Below, piece by piece: positions 53,523 through 63,525 of a DNA stretch of 64,000 nt. The notes under the pieces were generated by a model, which saw only the letters and a list, made by a program, of their open reading frames with translations, searched no databases and was not told where the DNA came from. Origin of the DNA: an uncultured cyanobacterium (GTDB taxonomy: Bacteria > Cyanobacteriota > Cyanobacteriia > PCC-6307 > Cyanobiaceae); NCBI GenBank assembly GCA_963765575.1, contig CAVXWZ010000011.1, positions 416,001 through 480,000 on the forward strand. The letters run 5' to 3'. The translations under genes were made by a program, and so were the position numbers. Positions within the stretch are counted from its first letter, which is position 1. Each line of letters opens with the position of its first letter.

Positions 53523-54945
53523 GCGCCGCCGCGATCGCGTGCAGCCGCCGCTGGCGCCGATCCGGCCCGCCTACAGCCCCGCCCTGCTGCGGCTGGTGCA
53601 TGGATTGCTGCCGCTGCTGCTGCGTTGGCGCCTGGTGCCCTGGCTGCCGGCGGGCATCACCCACCTGGCGCTGGCGAACGGCGCAGCGCTGGTGGCGCTG
53701 CTTGAGCAGTTCCGCGCCGGCCGCTGCCGTCTGCTGCTGGCCTTCCGCCACAGCGCCGCCGACGATCCCCTCTGCGGCCTCTGGCTCCTCGGGCGCGGCC
53801 TGCCCCGCGCCCTGCGGCCCCAGCCCGTGCACTTCCTCTACGACCGCGGCATGCCCCTGTGGGCCGGACGTCCCCTGGGCTGGCTGCTGGCGGCCCTGGG
53901 CGGGGTGTCGCTGCGGCGGGGCCGCCAGCCCGACTGGAGCGCCCTGCGCCAGGCCCGCGCGTTGATGCGCGACGGCCCCTTTCCCTTCGCGGTGGCGCCG
54001 GAGGGGGCCACCAACGGCCTGGGGGATGTGCTCGGCCCGCTCGAGCCCGGCAGTGCCCGGCTGGCGCTCTGGTGCCGCGACGACCTGCGCCGCGCCGGCC
54101 GCTCCGAGGCGGTGTGGATCGTGCCGATCGGCATCCACTACACCTACCCCGATGCCGCCTGGCCGCGGCTGCAGCGGCTGCTGGAGCGCCTCGAGCGCCA
54201 GATGGGGCTGGCGCCACTGCCTCAGCCCCTGCCTCAGCCCCAGCAGCGGGCGGAGTTGCTGCCGGAGTTCTGCCGCCAGCGGCTGCTGCGCCTGGGCGAG
54301 CAGCTGCTCACGGCCCTGGAGGCCTTCTACGGGCGCTTCGGCGAGGGTGCCGGGCCTCCGAACGGCGCTGCCGGAGCAACGGCTGACGGCGCTGCCGGAG
54401 CAACAACGGCTGACGGCGAGGCTGGGGCGGCTGATGGCCCCCCGAACGGCTGCGACGGCCGCATCGCGGCCCTGCGCCAGCGGGTGCTGCGGCTGGCGGA
54501 AACGCGCCTGAAGGTGCAGCCGGCCGGCAGCCCTGAGGACCGCTGCCGCCGCCTTGAGGAGGTGGCCTGGCAGTGGATCCACCGCGAGGACCTGCCGCCC
54601 CGCCGGCACTTGCCGCCCCTGCAGCGCAACCTGGCCGACCGGGCCGCGGCCGAGGCCGCCCTGGCCCTGCAGCACATGCGCCTGGTGGAAACCTTCGTGG
54701 CCGTCTCCGGCGGCTACCTCGACAAGCCCAGCTTCGAGCGCTGCGCCGACATCGCCCTGCTGCTCCACGACGGCCTGGCCCGCCTGGGCGGCGGCGCCCT
54801 GCCGGCCCGTCCCCGCCTGGGCCGCCGCCACGCCCAGCTGCGGGTGGCCACGCCGCTGGCGGTGCCGGCTGAGCCCGGCGGCCGCCGCCAGCTCGACGCG
54901 CTCAGCGCCCTGCTGGAGCAGCGCCTGCGCGCTGGCCTGCCCTGA
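53515..54945 (+). CDS. PlsC-like phospholipid acyltransferase
   Basis: FRHSAADD (HxxxxD), APEGATNG, IVPIGIHY. Confidence 0.82.
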   Translation: MAERRRDRVQPPLAPIRPAYSPALLRLVHGLLPLLLRWRLVPWLPAGITHLALANGAALVALLEQFRAGRCRLLLAFRHSAADDPLCGLWLLGRGLPRALRPQPVHFLYDRGMPLWAGRPLGWLLAALGGVSLRRGRQPDWSALRQARALMRDGPFPFAVAPEGATNGLGDVLGPLEPGSARLALWCRDDLRRAGRSEAVWIVPIGIHYTYPDAAWPRLQRLLERLERQMGLAPLPQPLPQPQQRAELLPEFCRQRLLRLGEQLLTALEAFYGRFGEGAGPPNGAAGATADGAAGATTADGEAGAADGPPNGCDGRIAALRQRVLRLAETRLKVQPAGSPEDRCRRLEEVAWQWIHREDLPPRRHLPPLQRNLADRAAAEAALALQHMRLVETFVAVSGGYLDKPSFERCADIALLLHDGLARLGGGALPARPRLGRRHAQLRVATPLAVPAEPGGRRQLDALSALLEQRLRAGLP

Positions 54946-54984
54946 GCCAGAATTGGATCCGTTGATGATCTGCCGCAGCGTGCC

Positions 54985-55302
54985 ATGCCCTGGTGGCTCG
55001 ATCTGGTGCTGTTGGCCAGCGCGGTGGCCTTCTGGTGGAGTGCCAACCGCGAGCCGGACGACGTCTGGGTGCTGCTCAAAGGCCTGCTCGCCCTGGTGTG
55101 CCTGGCGGTGGTGCTGCTGGGCGGCCGCCAGGTGCCGCTGGAGCTGCTGGCCCTGGGCCTGGCCCTGTGGCTGCCGAGTTCCACCAGCCCCCACCTCTGG
55201 AGCCGCAGCGCCGGCCGCGGGCTCGGTGGCCGTCAGCAGCGCAGCCGCAGCGTGCGCGGCAGCTCCTCGGCGATGGCGCCTTCGGCGTCCAGGGGCGGAT
55301 AG
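54985..55302 (+). CDS. Small hypothetical membrane protein
   Basis: Three short hydrophobic segments. Confidence 0.55.
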   Translation: MPWWLDLVLLASAVAFWWSANREPDDVWVLLKGLLALVCLAVVLLGGRQVPLELLALGLALWLPSSTSPHLWSRSAGRGLGGRQQRSRSVRGSSSAMAPSASRGG

Positions 55303-55922
55303 TCGCGGCCCTGCCGGCGGCACCACTCAGCCACCTGCGGGTAGGCCCACTCGAACAGCTGGCGGCGGTAGCGCTCCGGCGCCATGCCGGCGCCGCCGCT
55401 GGGCACCAGCCCCGCCGCCTGGCGCTGGCGCAGGGCCTCGAACAGCACGGTGGCCGCCGCCACGCTCACGTTCAGCGACTGCACCATGCCCCGCATCGGG
55501 ATCACGATGGGCTGGTCCACCAGCGCCGCGGCCGCTGCGCTCAGACCCCACTTCTCGGCCCCCAGCACGAAGGCCGTGGGGCCGCTGAAGTCGCAGCTGC
55601 GGTAGTCCACCGCCTCGGCGCTCAGGTGGGTGCCGTAGAGCCGAAAGCCCTGGCGCTTGAGCTCCGTGAGCGCCGCGGCGCTGTCGCTGTGCAGCTGCAG
55701 CGGCACCCACTTCTGGCTGCCCTGGGCGGTGCTGTTGAAGGTGGGCAGCCGTCCCTGCAGGCACACCGCATGGGCTTCCAGCACCCCCACCGCATCGCAG
55801 CTGCGCAGGATCGCCGAGAGGTTGTGGGGCTTCTGCACGTGCTCCAGCAGCACCGTCAGATCGGCCATGCGCCCGTCCAGCACGGCCCGCAGGCGTTCGT
55901 AGCGGCGCGGCAGCAGTGGCAT
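55233..55922 (-). CDS. trmH: tRNA Gm18 2'-O-methyltransferase
   Basis: KPHNLSAILRSCDA, LGAEKWG, IPMRGMVQSLNVSVA. Confidence 0.93.
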   Translation of the reverse strand: MPLLPRRYERLRAVLDGRMADLTVLLEHVQKPHNLSAILRSCDAVGVLEAHAVCLQGRLPTFNSTAQGSQKWVPLQLHSDSAAALTELKRQGFRLYGTHLSAEAVDYRSCDFSGPTAFVLGAEKWGLSAAAAALVDQPIVIPMRGMVQSLNVSVAAATVLFEALRQRQAAGLVPSGGAGMAPERYRRQLFEWAYPQVAEWCRRQGRDYPPLDAEGAIAEELPRTLRLRC

Positions 55923-55992
55923 CGTTCCGATCGGCTCGGCACCATTGAACCCCCGCGGCTGGGCCGGAAACCCCCGCCGCTGGTCGGTCGCG

Positions 55993-56361
55993 ATGGGCTT
56001 CGATCAGCAGGTCTACGCGGCCGTGGCCCTGATTCCGGCCGGCCGGCTGGCCACCTACGGCCAGATCGCTGAGCTGATCGGCGCCTACGGCCGGGCGCGG
56101 CAGGTGGGCTGGGCCCTGCGCCGCCTGGCGCTGCCCTCGCCGGTGCCCTGGCATCGGGTGGTCAATGCCCGGGGCCGCATCAGCTTCACCCCCAGCCGCG
56201 AGGGCAGCGACTGGATCCAGCGGGAGCTGCTGCTGGCCGAAGGCATCGCCGTGGATGCCGAGGGACAGCTGCCGTTGAGGCGCTATCTGTGGGTGCCGCC
56301 TTTCGAGCTGCACCCCCCTGTCTCCTCCACCGACCCCCCCAGCGGCCCCGGGCCAGGCTGA
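55993..56361 (+). CDS. Alkyltransferase-like (MGMT family, PWHR) protein
   Basis: IPAGRLATYGQIA, ARQVG, VPWHRVVN. Confidence 0.9.
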   Translation: MGFDQQVYAAVALIPAGRLATYGQIAELIGAYGRARQVGWALRRLALPSPVPWHRVVNARGRISFTPSREGSDWIQRELLLAEGIAVDAEGQLPLRRYLWVPPFELHPPVSSTDPPSGPGPG

Positions 56362-57754
56362 AGCCGGCACCACCGGCCTGGCAGCGCGGCAGCTGGCCTG
56401 GCAGGTGCTGCTGGCGGTGGCCGCTGGCGCCTACGCCGACGTGGCCCTGGAGCGGGAGCTGCAGCGCAGTGATCTGGCAGTCGCCGATCGCGCCCTGGCC
56501 ACCGAGCTCGCCTACGGCGCCATCCGCCAGCGCTGGCTGCTCGACGCCTGGCTCGACGCCCTGGGCCGGGTGCCGGCGGCCCGCCAGCCCCCGAAGCTGC
56601 GCTGGCTGCTGCACCTGGGCGCCTACCAGCTGCTGTTCAGCCAGCGGGTGCCGGCGGCGGCGGCCGTGAGCACCACCGTGGAGCTGGCCAAGCGCGGCGG
56701 ACTGGGGCGGCTGGCGCCGGTGGCCAATGCCCTGCTGCGCCAGCTGCTGCGCCGCCGTGAGGGCCTGGAGGACGTCGTGGAGCTGGGCTTGAACCCGGCT
56801 GTGGAGCCCTGGCGGGGCCTGCCCCTGCCCAGCGACGCTGCGGCTGGACTGGCCCTGCGCCACTCGCTGCCGCCCTGGCTGGCGGAGTTGCTGCTGCAAT
56901 GGCTGCCGCCACAGCGGGCCGAGGCCTTTGGGCGGGCCTGCAACCAGCCGCCCGCCCTCGACCTGCGCGTGAATCCCCTGCGCAGCAGCCGCGAGGCGCT
57001 GCTGGCGACCCTGGCGCAGGCGGGGGTGCAAGCCCAGGCCCTGGCTGGCGAGGGGCTGGAGCAGGCCATCAGCATCGCCGGCCGGGTGGGTGATCTGCGC
57101 CGGCTGGGCGGCTATGCCGAGGGCCACTGGTGCGTGCAGGACCGCAGCGCCCAGCGCATCGCCGCCCTGCTCAGTCCCCGGCCCGGGGACCGGCTCCTGG
57201 ATGCCTGCGCCGCCCCCGGCGGCAAGAGCACCCACCTCGCTGAATTGAGCGGCGATCTGGGTGAGGTGTGGGCGGTGGACCGTTCGGCCAAACGCCTGCA
57301 ACGGCTGGAGCGCAATGCTGCCCGGCTGGGTCTGGGCTGCATCCGCACCCTCAGCGCTGATGCGGCCGAGCTGGCGGGGCTGAAGCCCGATTGGCAGGGC
57401 CAATTCGATCGCGTGCTGCTGGATGCCCCCTGCTCGGGGCTCGGCACCCTGGCCCGCCACGCCGACGCCCGCTGGCGCCTCCAGCCGGAGGCGATTGACG
57501 GGCTGGTGGCGTTGCAGCGGCGCTTGCTGGAGGGGGTGGTGCCGCTGCTGCGGCCGGGGGGCGTGCTGGTCTACGCCACCTGCACCGTGCACCCAGCCGA
57601 GAACGGCGAGTTGATCGACGCCTTCCTGGCCGCCCACCCCGGCTGGTGCCAGGAGCAGCGCCGGCAGTGGTGGCCGGGCGAAGGGGAAGGCGATGGCTTC
57701 TTCGCGGTGCGGCTGGTGGCGCCCGCAGCCGCTGCAACAGCCGCCTGCAGCTGA
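56318..57754 (+). CDS. rsmB: 16S rRNA m5C967 methyltransferase (start uncertain)
   Basis: NusB-like N-terminus (ARQLAWQVL, ELAYG), VQD, DACAAPGGK, LLDAPCSGLG, YATC. Confidence 0.93.
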   Translation: MSPPPTPPAAPGQAEAGTTGLAARQLAWQVLLAVAAGAYADVALERELQRSDLAVADRALATELAYGAIRQRWLLDAWLDALGRVPAARQPPKLRWLLHLGAYQLLFSQRVPAAAAVSTTVELAKRGGLGRLAPVANALLRQLLRRREGLEDVVELGLNPAVEPWRGLPLPSDAAAGLALRHSLPPWLAELLLQWLPPQRAEAFGRACNQPPALDLRVNPLRSSREALLATLAQAGVQAQALAGEGLEQAISIAGRVGDLRRLGGYAEGHWCVQDRSAQRIAALLSPRPGDRLLDACAAPGGKSTHLAELSGDLGEVWAVDRSAKRLQRLERNAARLGLGCIRTLSADAAELAGLKPDWQGQFDRVLLDAPCSGLGTLARHADARWRLQPEAIDGLVALQRRLLEGVVPLLRPGGVLVYATCTVHPAENGELIDAFLAAHPGWCQEQRRQWWPGEGEGDGFFAVRLVAPAAAATAACS

Positions 57755-57814
57755 GCGGACTGAGCAGGAGGCCTGGGCTTCGGGGCTGGCCCCGGGCTCA
57801 GGGCAGCGCCCGGC

Positions 57815-60091
57815 TCATGGCAGCGGCAGCGGCGGCGGTGGCGGTGGCGGCGGTGGTGGCGGCGCCGCGGCGGCAGGCTGTGGCGGCGGTGGAGTGGGGG
57901 CCGGTGCTGCGGCTGGCGCTGCGGCTGGAGCGGGGGCCGGAGTGGGCGCCGGAGTGGGGGTCGGTGCGGGTGCGGGCGCGGGGGAGGTGCTGGGGCGGGG
58001 CGCCGGCGCCGGGTCGGGACGCACCGCAGGGGTGGAGCGGATGGCGCGCTCGGGGGCGGGCTCCGGCTCCCAGCTGGGCTCGGGGATCGGTGTGGGGTCG
58101 TTGTCCTCGTCCACGGGCCTGCTCCAGGTGTCGGCCTCCCGATCCCTGCGGCGCTGCTCGGCGGTGGCAGCGGGGGGCTTGGGCTTGGGTTTGGCCGCCG
58201 GCTTCTTGAAGCTGCCGGTGAGCGCTGGTTTGGGCGGAAACTGCTGCACCGGCATCGACTTGGTGATCGGCACCATGAAGCTCTTCCAGGCGTAGCTGGC
58301 CGCCACACTGCTGCTGCCGGTCTTGCGGTTGGTGTCGTAGCCCAGCCAGATCGCCGTGGTGAGCTGGGGAATCGAGCCCACAAACCAGAGGTCGCGGGCG
58401 CCCTCGGAGGTGCCCGTCTTGCCGGCCACCGGCCGATCGCCGAGGGCCGCACCGCGACCGGTGCCGCTGCTCACCGCCCGCTGCAGCATCCACTGCATCG
58501 CGTCGGCCACCTCGCTGCTCACCACCCGGGAGCCCTTGTCGCCATCCACCCGGCGGCTCCAGAGCAACTGGCCATCCGGGCCGTAGATCTCCTCAAACGG
58601 AGTGGGCTTCACATAGACGCCGCGATTGGTGATGGCGGCATAGGCCGCGGCCATGTCGAGCACGTATTGCTCGTTGGCACCCAGCACCATCGAGGGGTAT
58701 TCGCCGATGTCGCCCACCATCCCCATGCTCTTGGCAACCTCCACCACCTTGGGGTAGCCCACCTTCTCGGCCAGGTCCACCGAGGCTGCGTTCAGCGACT
58801 GGGCGATGGCATTGCTGATCGAGGTGGTGCTCTTGGCCGTCGCGCCCTTGATGCAGAACAGCTTGGGGGGCCAGCCGTCCTTGATGCAGCGCTTCTGGTT
58901 GTTCACCGTGTCTTCCGGCTTCAACCCAGCTTTGAGCGCCGCGGTGTAGGTGAACAGCTTGAAGGTGGAGCCCGGGGAGCGCAGGGCCTGGGTGGCCCGG
59001 TTGAACTGGCTGGCGTTGAAGTCCTTGCCACCCACCATCGAGCGCACCAGGCCCGTGCCCGGCTCGATCGCCACCAAGGCTCCCTGCAGGCTGCCGGTGG
59101 CCCGGGCCCGGATGGTCTTCTGGGCCTCGTCCTGCCAGGCCAGATTGATGCTGCTGCGCACCGTCAGTCCGCCCACCTCCAGCTGCTCCTTGCTGAGCAC
59201 ACGGGCCAGTTCCTGCTGCACCCAGCTGCCGAAGTAAGGCGCGCGGCTCTCCCAATACTTCGGGTCGGCCGGTTTCAGCCCCAGGGGCGAGCCCTCGGCC
59301 TCGATCTGCTGGCTGGAGCTGATGAAACCGGCCTCGCGCATGCGGCGCAGCACGGTGCGCCGGCGCTGCAGGGCCAGGTCGGGATTCACCAGTGGTGAGT
59401 ACACCGACGGAGCCGGCGGCAGGCCGGCGATCATGGCCGCCTCCTGCAGGTTGAGTTGCTCCGGAGTCTTGGAGAAGTAGATCCAGGCCGCATCGGCCAC
59501 GCCATAGGCGCTGGAGCCCAGATACACCAGATTCAGATACTCCGTGAGAATCTCACGCTTGCTCAGCTGGCGCTCCAGCTTCCCGGCCAGGGCCGCTTCC
59601 TTGACCTTGCGCACCAGGGTGAGGTCCTGGCTGAGGAAGACCGTGCGGGCCAGCTGCTGGGTGATGGTGCTGGCCCCCTCCTCCACCGAGCCCCGGGAGA
59701 TGTTGCGGACCATGGCCCGCATGATCCCCTGCAGGTCGACACCGTCGTGGCGGTAGAAGCGGCGATCCTCCGCGGCCACGAAGGCCTGCTCCACCAGGGG
59801 CGGCACGGCGCCGCTGCTGAGCTTCTCCCGCGCCACCGGGCCCAGCTTCTGCACCACCTGGCCGTCGGCGGAGAGGATCGTGAGGGTGCCGGGGCGGTTG
59901 AAAGTGCTGATGCCGCTGGCATCGGGCAGCAGCGAATCGAAGCTACGCACCACGGTGGACTGCACCGCCGCCACGCCGCCACCCAGCACCGCCGCGGCGA
60001 CTCCCGTGACCACCAGCCTGCGGCGGGCGGCGGCGTGGCGTCCCGCCGGCACAGCGGAGGGACTGGCCATGGTGGGGGCTGTGCGGGTCAT
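57815..60091 (-). CDS. Class A penicillin-binding protein (PBP1A-like)
   Basis: EDRRFY.H.G, GASTITQQLA, SPGSTFK, SLN, KTGT; Pro-rich tail. Confidence 0.93.
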   Translation of the reverse strand: MTRTAPTMASPSAVPAGRHAAARRRLVVTGVAAAVLGGGVAAVQSTVVRSFDSLLPDASGISTFNRPGTLTILSADGQVVQKLGPVAREKLSSGAVPPLVEQAFVAAEDRRFYRHDGVDLQGIMRAMVRNISRGSVEEGASTITQQLARTVFLSQDLTLVRKVKEAALAGKLERQLSKREILTEYLNLVYLGSSAYGVADAAWIYFSKTPEQLNLQEAAMIAGLPPAPSVYSPLVNPDLALQRRRTVLRRMREAGFISSSQQIEAEGSPLGLKPADPKYWESRAPYFGSWVQQELARVLSKEQLEVGGLTVRSSINLAWQDEAQKTIRARATGSLQGALVAIEPGTGLVRSMVGGKDFNASQFNRATQALRSPGSTFKLFTYTAALKAGLKPEDTVNNQKRCIKDGWPPKLFCIKGATAKSTTSISNAIAQSLNAASVDLAEKVGYPKVVEVAKSMGMVGDIGEYPSMVLGANEQYVLDMAAAYAAITNRGVYVKPTPFEEIYGPDGQLLWSRRVDGDKGSRVVSSEVADAMQWMLQRAVSSGTGRGAALGDRPVAGKTGTSEGARDLWFVGSIPQLTTAIWLGYDTNRKTGSSSVAASYAWKSFMVPITKSMPVQQFPPKPALTGSFKKPAAKPKPKPPAATAEQRRRDREADTWSRPVDEDNDPTPIPEPSWEPEPAPERAIRSTPAVRPDPAPAPRPSTSPAPAPAPTPTPAPTPAPAPAAAPAAAPAPTPPPPQPAAAAPPPPPPPPPPPLPLP

Positions 60092-60092
60092 C

Positions 60093-61073
60093 TCACGCCA
60101 CCAGGAAGCTGTGGCCGATCGCCAGGGCCGTCACCAGCATCCCCAGCACCAGAAAGGGCTGGGCGCTGGCCTGGTATTTGACGTCAAAGGCCACCGGATC
60201 GCGCAGCAGCCAGATGTCCTGGAAGGTGATCTGGGGAATGATCAGCAGCACCAGCAGCACAGCAGCAAAATGCTGACCGATCGCGATCAGCACCGCAACC
60301 ATGGCGATCTGGAAGATGTCGATCATGCCGGCGCTGATCCAGCTGGCCGTGCGGATTCCGAACACCACCGGCAGCGACTGCAGGCCCAGGGCGCGGTCGC
60401 CCTCGACGCTCTTGAAGTCGTTGACCACGGCGATGCCCAGGCCCGCCAGCGAGTAGGCCAGGGTGAGCAGGGCCGTGGCCCAGGTGAGCTGGCCGAACAG
60501 GGCCTGACCGGCCCACCAGGGCAGGGCGATGTAGCTCGCGCCCAGGGCGTAGTTGCCGAGCCAGCCGTTCTGCTTGAGCTTGAGCGGCGGCGCCGAATAG
60601 ATGAAGCTCACCAGGGAGCCGCCCAGGGCCAGCAGCAGCAGCACCGGACGGCTGTGTCCCGCCCAGACATCGAGCCCGTAGGCCACGGCCAGGCCGGCCA
60701 GCAGCAACACCCAGATCTGCGCTTTCACCTGGGCCAGGGGAATGGCCCCCGAGGGGATCGGCCGGTAGGGCTCGTTGATCGCGTCGATCTCGCGGTCGTA
60801 GTAGTCGTTGATCGTCTGGGTGTAGCCGGCCAGCAGTGGCCCGCTCATCAGCATGCAGGCGATTGAAGCGCCCACCTGGGGCAGGGTCCAATGGAAATTG
60901 CCGGAGGCGGCGGCGCCGCAGATCACTCCCCAGATCAGGGGGATCCAGGTCACCGGCTTCATCAGTTGCAGCCGGATTTTCCAGATGTTGTCACTGCCGG
61001 CAGCCCCCTTCATGCCCAGCAACTGACGGGCCGCTGAGCCGCTGCTGGCTTCGGGGTTGGGGCTGTTGGTCAA
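60093..61073 (-). CDS. chlG: Chlorophyll synthase
   Basis: ARQLLGMKGA, MKPVTWIPL, INDYYDREIDAINEPYRPIPSG, NDFKSVEGD. Confidence 0.96.
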   Translation of the reverse strand: MTNSPNPEASSGSAARQLLGMKGAAGSDNIWKIRLQLMKPVTWIPLIWGVICGAAASGNFHWTLPQVGASIACMLMSGPLLAGYTQTINDYYDREIDAINEPYRPIPSGAIPLAQVKAQIWVLLLAGLAVAYGLDVWAGHSRPVLLLLALGGSLVSFIYSAPPLKLKQNGWLGNYALGASYIALPWWAGQALFGQLTWATALLTLAYSLAGLGIAVVNDFKSVEGDRALGLQSLPVVFGIRTASWISAGMIDIFQIAMVAVLIAIGQHFAAVLLVLLIIPQITFQDIWLLRDPVAFDVKYQASAQPFLVLGMLVTALAIGHSFLVA

Positions 61074-61100
61074 GGCCTCGGATTCAGGCGGGCAGGGTGC

Positions 61101-61316
61101 TCAGGCGGGCGCGATCTCGTCGTCGAAGAACCAGGCGGTGCGGCCACCGGTCAGATCCACCACAAAGCCGATGCCACCGCCGTCCACGGTGCGAAAACCC
61201 TTGACGGTGCCATTGGGATCGCTCTGCAGGATGGCCACCAGGTCGGCTGGGATGCGATCGCGGACACGCATCACACGCACCTTGGAACCAACGTTGATCG
61301 TGGCAGCCTGGGCCAT
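61101..61316 (-). CDS. petP: Cytochrome b6f subunit PetP (DUF2862)
   Basis: VGSKVRV.RVRDR...DGGGIG.VV...WFFDDE, upstream of chlG. Confidence 0.85.
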   Translation of the reverse strand: MAQAATINVGSKVRVMRVRDRIPADLVAILQSDPNGTVKGFRTVDGGGIGFVVDLTGGRTAWFFDDEIAPA

Positions 61317-61453
61317 GGGCGGGCGAACGACGCGATACAAAAGTGGCGCAACCTTACCAGCGCCACTCGAGCGGCCCGGTCCTCCACGGGCCACCCGCCC
61401 CGCTCCCGGTTCGAATCCCCAGCTGCCCCCAGGCTCCCCTCGAAGCTCTCGCC

Positions 61454-62281
61454 ATGGTTGCCAAGCGCATCATCCCCTGCCTCGATGTGGCCGATGGTCG
61501 GGTGGTGAAGGGCGTGAACTTCGTGGGCCTGCGCGATGCTGGCGATCCGGTGGAGCTGGCCTGCCGCTACAGCGCCTCCGGCGCCGATGAGCTGGTGTTC
61601 CTCGACATCGCCGCCAGCCACCAGGGCCGCGACACGCTGGTGGAGCTGGTGCGCCGCACCGCCGAGGCCGTGACCATCCCCTTCACCGTGGGCGGCGGCA
61701 TCAGCAGCGTCGACGGCATCACCGAGCTGCTGCGCGCCGGTGCCGACAAGGTGAGCCTCAATTCAGCGGCGGTGCGCGACCCGCAGCTGGTGGCCCGGGG
61801 CGCCGAGCGCTTTGGCTGTCAGTGCATCGTGGTGGCGATTGACGCCCGCCGACGCACCCCCGAGGCCACCGCCGAGGCCACCGCCGCCGGCGCGCCAGGT
61901 GAGCCCAGCGGGCCGGGCTGGGATGTCTATGTGAAGGGGGGGCGGCAGAACACGGGCCTCGATGCCCTGGCCTGGGCACGGCGGGTGGTGGCGCTGGGGG
62001 CGGGCGAGATCCTGCTCACCTCCATGGACGGCGACGGCACCCAGGCCGGCTACGACCTGGAGCTCACCCGGGCCGTGGCCGGGGCGGTGGCGGTGCCGGT
62101 GATCGCCTCCGGCGGCGCCGGCTGCATCGACCACATCGCCGCGGCCCTCGACCCGGGGCCCCGGGGCGGCCAGGCGGCGGCGGCGTTGCTGGCGTCCCTG
62201 CTGCACGACGGCGTGCTCACGGTGGAGGCGATCAAGAGCGAGCTGCTCGGCCGCGGCCTGCCGATCCGCCCCCTCGACTGA
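61454..62281 (+). CDS. hisF: Imidazole glycerol phosphate synthase cyclase subunit
   Basis: [40 protein letters not shown]. Confidence 0.96.
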   Translation: MVAKRIIPCLDVADGRVVKGVNFVGLRDAGDPVELACRYSASGADELVFLDIAASHQGRDTLVELVRRTAEAVTIPFTVGGGISSVDGITELLRAGADKVSLNSAAVRDPQLVARGAERFGCQCIVVAIDARRRTPEATAEATAAGAPGEPSGPGWDVYVKGGRQNTGLDALAWARRVVALGAGEILLTSMDGDGTQAGYDLELTRAVAGAVAVPVIASGGAGCIDHIAAALDPGPRGGQAAAALLASLLHDGVLTVEAIKSELLGRGLPIRPLD

Positions 62282-62347
62282 GGCCCCTCGACTGAGGCCC
62301 CAGCCAGGTTGCGGATCGGCCAGGGCTCTCATTTATCCCCCATTGGT

Positions 62348-62365
62348 GTTACCTGCCGTTACATT
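62348..62365 (+). promoter_or_regulatory. HLR1-like (RpaB-type) direct repeat
   Basis: GTTACCTG-CC-GTTACATT, 10-bp period. Confidence 0.4.
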
Positions 62366-62400
62366 GGTAGCGAAACCACCACTTTCCCCCGCCTCCCCCC

Positions 62401-62730
62401 TTGGCCGCCCTGCACCACCCCGTTACCACCACCCTCGCCCTGGTGCTGATGGGTGTGGTCATCGCCCTGGTGGCCTGGGCCCTGCAGCTGATGCAGGCGG
62501 CCAATGACCGTCAGGACTTTTCCTTGATGCTGGCCGGCTGCATGGTCTGCTGCTCGGCCGTCGGCCTGGCCACGGTGATGGTGATCACCCTCACCGGCCC
62601 GAGCCGGCTGCTGGCCGAACCCCTGACCCCCGACGCCGGCGTCAGCCTGGATGCGGTGCTGCTCCCTGACCTGCTGTTCTTTGCCGAGCCCGGCCCCGCG
62701 AGCCTCGATGGCGACATTCCCGCCAGGTGA
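62401..62730 (+). CDS. Hypothetical two-TM membrane protein
   Basis: Two hydrophobic helices around QDFSLMLAGCMVC; start uncertain. Confidence 0.65.
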   Translation: MAALHHPVTTTLALVLMGVVIALVAWALQLMQAANDRQDFSLMLAGCMVCCSAVGLATVMVITLTGPSRLLAEPLTPDAGVSLDAVLLPDLLFFAEPGPASLDGDIPAR

Positions 62731-63430
62731 TGCGCGGGCGGTGAATGATCTGTTCGAGCAGATCGCCCCCCGTTACGACCAGCTCAACGACCTGCTCAGC
62801 CTCGGACTGCACCGGCTCTGGAAGCGACAGGCGATCGCCTGGCTGGCCCCCCGCCCGGGCCAGCAGCTCCTGGATCTCTGCTGCGGCACGGGCGATCTGG
62901 CCCTGCTCCTGGCGGCCCGGGTGCGGCCCGGCGGCAGCGTGCAGGGCCTGGATGCGGCCGCTGCCCCGCTGCGCCTGGCCCGGCAACGGGCGGCCCGCCA
63001 ACCCTGGCTGCCGGTTGCTTGGCGGCAGGCCGATGCCCTGGACACGGGCCTGGGAGCCGGTGCCGCCGATGGCGCCGTGATGGCCTACGGCCTGCGCAAC
63101 CTGGCCGATCCCGCCGCTGGTCTGGCGGAACTGCGGCGCCTGCTGCGGCCGGGGGCGCGGGCGGCGGTGCTGGACTTCAACCGCCCGGACCCCGCCAGCT
63201 TGCGAGGCCGCCGCACTGCGGCCCTGCAGCGTCAGCTGCTGCGCCGGCTGGTGGTGCCGGTGGCCACCGGCGTGGGTCTGGGGGAGCACTACGCCTACCT
63301 GGAGAGGAGCCTGGAGCGCTTCCCCACCGCCGCCGAGCAGCAACAGCTGGCCGGCGCTGCCGGCTTCACGCACGCCCGCCACCGGCCCCTGGCCGGCGGG
63401 CTGATGGGCCTGTTGCAGCTGGTCGCCTGA
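62708..63430 (+). CDS. menG: UbiE/MenG quinone methyltransferase
   Basis: [38 protein letters not shown]. Confidence 0.9.
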   Translation: MATFPPGDARAVNDLFEQIAPRYDQLNDLLSLGLHRLWKRQAIAWLAPRPGQQLLDLCCGTGDLALLLAARVRPGGSVQGLDAAAAPLRLARQRAARQPWLPVAWRQADALDTGLGAGAADGAVMAYGLRNLADPAAGLAELRRLLRPGARAAVLDFNRPDPASLRGRRTAALQRQLLRRLVVPVATGVGLGEHYAYLERSLERFPTAAEQQQLAGAAGFTHARHRPLAGGLMGLLQLVA

Positions 63431-63525
63431 ACCGCCGGCCCGCCCAGGTGCCCGACCAGGTGCTCGCCCAGGGCACTCGGGCAGACTCGCAGCCGCCCCC
63501 GGCACCCCCCTCCCGGCCCACACCT

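Noticed and set aside
57815..58030. GGC-rich repeat element
   Set aside because: Encodes the Pro/Ala tail of the penicillin-binding protein
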